64,000 bases of DNA, taken from positions 2,368,001-2,432,000 of the forward strand of contig OZ242383.1 of assembly GCA_965209155.1 (NCBI GenBank), given 5' to 3'. This stretch comes from a bacterium (GTDB lineage: Bacteria; SAR324; NAC60-12). Position numbers and translations under genes: made by a program. This document shows positions 61,751 through 64,000 of the stretch, one piece after another. The notes under the pieces are model-generated. The model made no database searches. It was not told where the DNA came from and saw only the letters and a list, made by a program, of their open reading frames with translations. Position 1 is the stretch's first letter. Each line of letters starts with the position of its first letter.

Positions 61751-63061
61751 TCAACGGTAAACGCTGCGGAAAATATCGACTATTTGATCGATATGAGATT
61801 TGTCACAAACCAAGGGTGGGGCCAGTAACGCGCAGTCGCCGGTGAATTTGACGTGCAACCCTGCCTGGAAGAGCTTTTCGGTTCCTTCCAACCCGGCCAG
61901 ACCCGGTGCACCCTGTGGCTTTAAATCGATTCCTGCCAACAACCCGTATCCACGGATGTCGGAAACCACGGAAAGATCGCGAAGTGAAAAGATTTTTTCC
62001 TGGAAATAAGGTGCGAGCCGGGCAGCCTGCGCAAAGACATTTTCTTTCTGGAAAAGGTCCAGGGTGGCCAGGCCGGCTGCGCAAGCAGCCGGATGTCCGG
62101 AGTAGGTGTACCCGTGAAAAAACTCGATTCCCTTCCCTTTCGGCTCGTTGACCACCCTTTCGTAGATTTCGTCTTTCAAGGCCACGGCTCCCATGGGTTG
62201 AGCGGCGTTGGTGATGGCCTTGGCCATGGTCATGATATCGGGGACGACTTGAAACGCATCGCTGGCAAAAGGATAGCCGGTCCTGCCAAATCCAGTGATC
62301 ACTTCATCAAAAACCAGGAGAATGCCATATTCGTCGCAAATTTCACGCAAGCGTTGCAAGTATCCCACCGGAGGGACCAGTATCCCCGAGGAACCCGCAA
62401 TCGGTTCTACAAAACAGGCGGCGATATTTTCACTACCAATCGTGTTGGCGATGTGGTGCAGGTCGTCGGCTAATTCCGCACCATGCTCTGGCTGTCCCAT
62501 CGTGAATTTTTCCTGTCCGCTGGCGGTGTCTCTCAGGTGTTGGACTTTCAAGGTAATGCCTTCGAAGGTCTGGCGGTTTTTCACGATTCCAGACAGCGAA
62601 GTCCCTCCGATATTGGCACCATGATACGCCCGTTGCCGGGAGATCAGGTGGGTTCGTTGAGGCTGCCCCTTTGCCCGGTGATAAGCCACTGCCATCTTGA
62701 TGGCCGTATCCACGGCTTCCGAACCGGAATTGCTGAAAAACACGTGGTTGATTCCTTCCGGCAAAAGAGGTGCCAGGCGTTCGGCCAGGGCAAAGGGACC
62801 CGGGTGCGCGCTTTGAAAGGGAGAGGCGTAATCCAAGGTGGTCATTTGCCGGTAAACGGCATCGGCAATTTCCTGACGACAGTGGCCCAGGGCGACGCAG
62901 AATAAACCGGAACAGCCATCCAGGATCCTGGATCCGGCATCGCTCCAGTAATACGCGCCCTCCCCTCTGACCACCATGCGTGGCGACTTTTTGAACGCAT
63001 AGTTCGAGGAAAACGGCATCCAGTGATGCTCTAATGTCGTATATTCATTGGTGGGTATCAT
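61751..63061 (-). CDS. omega-amino acid:pyruvate aminotransferase (class III)
   Basis: HWMPF, SGSEAVD, FDEVITGFGRTG, AK PLP lysine and HGYTYSGHP. Confidence 0.9.
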   Translation of the reverse strand: MIPTNEYTTLEHHWMPFSSNYAFKKSPRMVVRGEGAYYWSDAGSRILDGCSGLFCVALGHCRQEIADAVYRQMTTLDYASPFQSAHPGPFALAERLAPLLPEGINHVFFSNSGSEAVDTAIKMAVAYHRAKGQPQRTHLISRQRAYHGANIGGTSLSGIVKNRQTFEGITLKVQHLRDTASGQEKFTMGQPEHGAELADDLHHIANTIGSENIAACFVEPIAGSSGILVPPVGYLQRLREICDEYGILLVFDEVITGFGRTGYPFASDAFQVVPDIMTMAKAITNAAQPMGAVALKDEIYERVVNEPKGKGIEFFHGYTYSGHPAACAAGLATLDLFQKENVFAQAARLAPYFQEKIFSLRDLSVVSDIRGYGLLAGIDLKPQGAPGLAGLEGTEKLFQAGLHVKFTGDCALLAPPLVCDKSHIDQIVDIFRSVYR

Positions 63062-63124
63062 GAGGACTCCATAAAAAAAGTTGGAAAAAAAGATCAGAAT
63101 GCGTATACGAGGTTGAGTGGTAAA

Positions 63125-64000
63125 TCATGAGTCGATACTGACTTGCATGTAACAATATTTAAGCCACTGCGTAAAAAAAGTATTGCGATGACTGCGCCAG
63201 GAGTTGAGCGGATTGTCCGCATCGAAATGGGTCGGTCGAGGCACTTCGGGCTTCCCACGGTCTCGTAAGGTTTCGTATACCAATCGTTGCGAATTGTATT
63301 CAGGATGTCCGACGTGCATCAGGTAGCGATGATCCGGGGTTTCATAAATGACGTACCCGCACTCACTGCCATGAGCCAACAAATTGACGATTCCACCCGC
63401 TGCTGCTTCTTCCATGACCCGGTCGTCGTTGCCCGCGACGCGGCTTTGTGGACACCAGAACACGTCATCCATGGCCCCGGTAATTGGATGGCGGGGAGCC
63501 AGGTTTTTCAGTTCGAAGACCCCGAATAGTTTTTGCGCATAATTGATTTTTTCAATGCCTTCCAGGTATCCGAGAGCCAGCGCACCCCAGCAAATGCCCA
63601 GGGTGTTGGGACAATTCGATTTGGCATCCAGCATGATTTCCCTCACTTCATCCCAGTATTTCACTTCTTCGAATTCGAGGTGTTCCACGGGTGCGCCGGT
63701 GACGATCAAGCCGTCCAGGTTTTCATCCCTGGTTGCCTCTTCATAGCTGACGTACAAATCTTCGATGTGATTGCGATCCGAAGTTTTATATGCATGGGAT
63801 TGCAACTGGATCCACACCGGGTCCACTTGAATGATGGACAGGCCCAAAGGGTGCAGTAAATTGAATTCGTATTGTTCGCCAAACGGCATGATATTCATGA
63901 TACCTATGCGCAAGGGGCGAATATCCTGCTGAAGCGCTTGCTCGCGGGGCAGACAAGTGACGTGCGCTGCTTGCAATTGCGTCTGGAATCGCTCGTTTTC
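63125..64000 (-). CDS. metA: homoserine O-acyltransferase MetA, probably acetyl-specific; 5' end lies beyond the window
   Basis: QDIRPLRI, TGAPVE, ICWGA and GHPEY. Glu in GAPVE is the acetyl-CoA specificity residue (Gly in the E. coli succinyltransferase). Confidence 0.9.
   Translation of the reverse strand, partial: ENERFQTQLQAAHVTCLPREQALQQDIRPLRIGIMNIMPFGEQYEFNLLHPLGLSIIQVDPVWIQLQSHAYKTSDRNHIEDLYVSYEEATRDENLDGLIVTGAPVEHLEFEEVKYWDEVREIMLDAKSNCPNTLGICWGALALGYLEGIEKINYAQKLFGVFELKNLAPRHPITGAMDDVFWCPQSRVAGNDDRVMEEAAAGGIVNLLAHGSECGYVIYETPDHRYLMHVGHPEYNSQRLVYETLRDRGKPEVPRPTHFDADNPLNSWRSHRNTFFTQWLKYCYMQVSIDS

Overview
Bacterial chromosomal window from a Gram-negative organism. The gene content (waaF, tolA-tolB-cpoB, ftsH followed by cdaA-cdaR, tatC, recO, NAD-linked formate dehydrogenase, aapJQMP) suggests a deltaproteobacteria-like lineage, possibly SAR324; this is an inference. 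The first ~11 kb is accessory. It holds an AAA/DUF4143-type ATPase, a PIN toxin-antitoxin pair whose toxin carries an in-frame stop, and a visibly GC-richer operon encoding a branched-chain ABC transporter, an SDR, a tandem cupin and an NHL protein. Next come mmsA, a three-gene formate dehydrogenase with an extended NuoEF fusion, an aap amino-acid transporter with a duplicated binding protein, a FAD-linked oxidase, an orphan two-gene island (lipoprotein plus a secreted PD-(D/E)xK-like membrane protein), bfr/bfd, a giant repeat-rich TolA-like protein (~1586 aa) and housekeeping genes. Near 59.3-61.5 kb a RAYT-type HUH transposase with a C-terminal HTH sits among at least six copies of a ~24-bp motif arranged as inverted pairs that bracket small accessory genes; this is the best candidate for an undescribed mobile or cassette system. 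Several MITE/REP-like palindromic elements are dispersed through the window, and one has replaced the C-terminus of the diadenylate cyclase CdaA. No rRNA, tRNA or CRISPR array was recognised.
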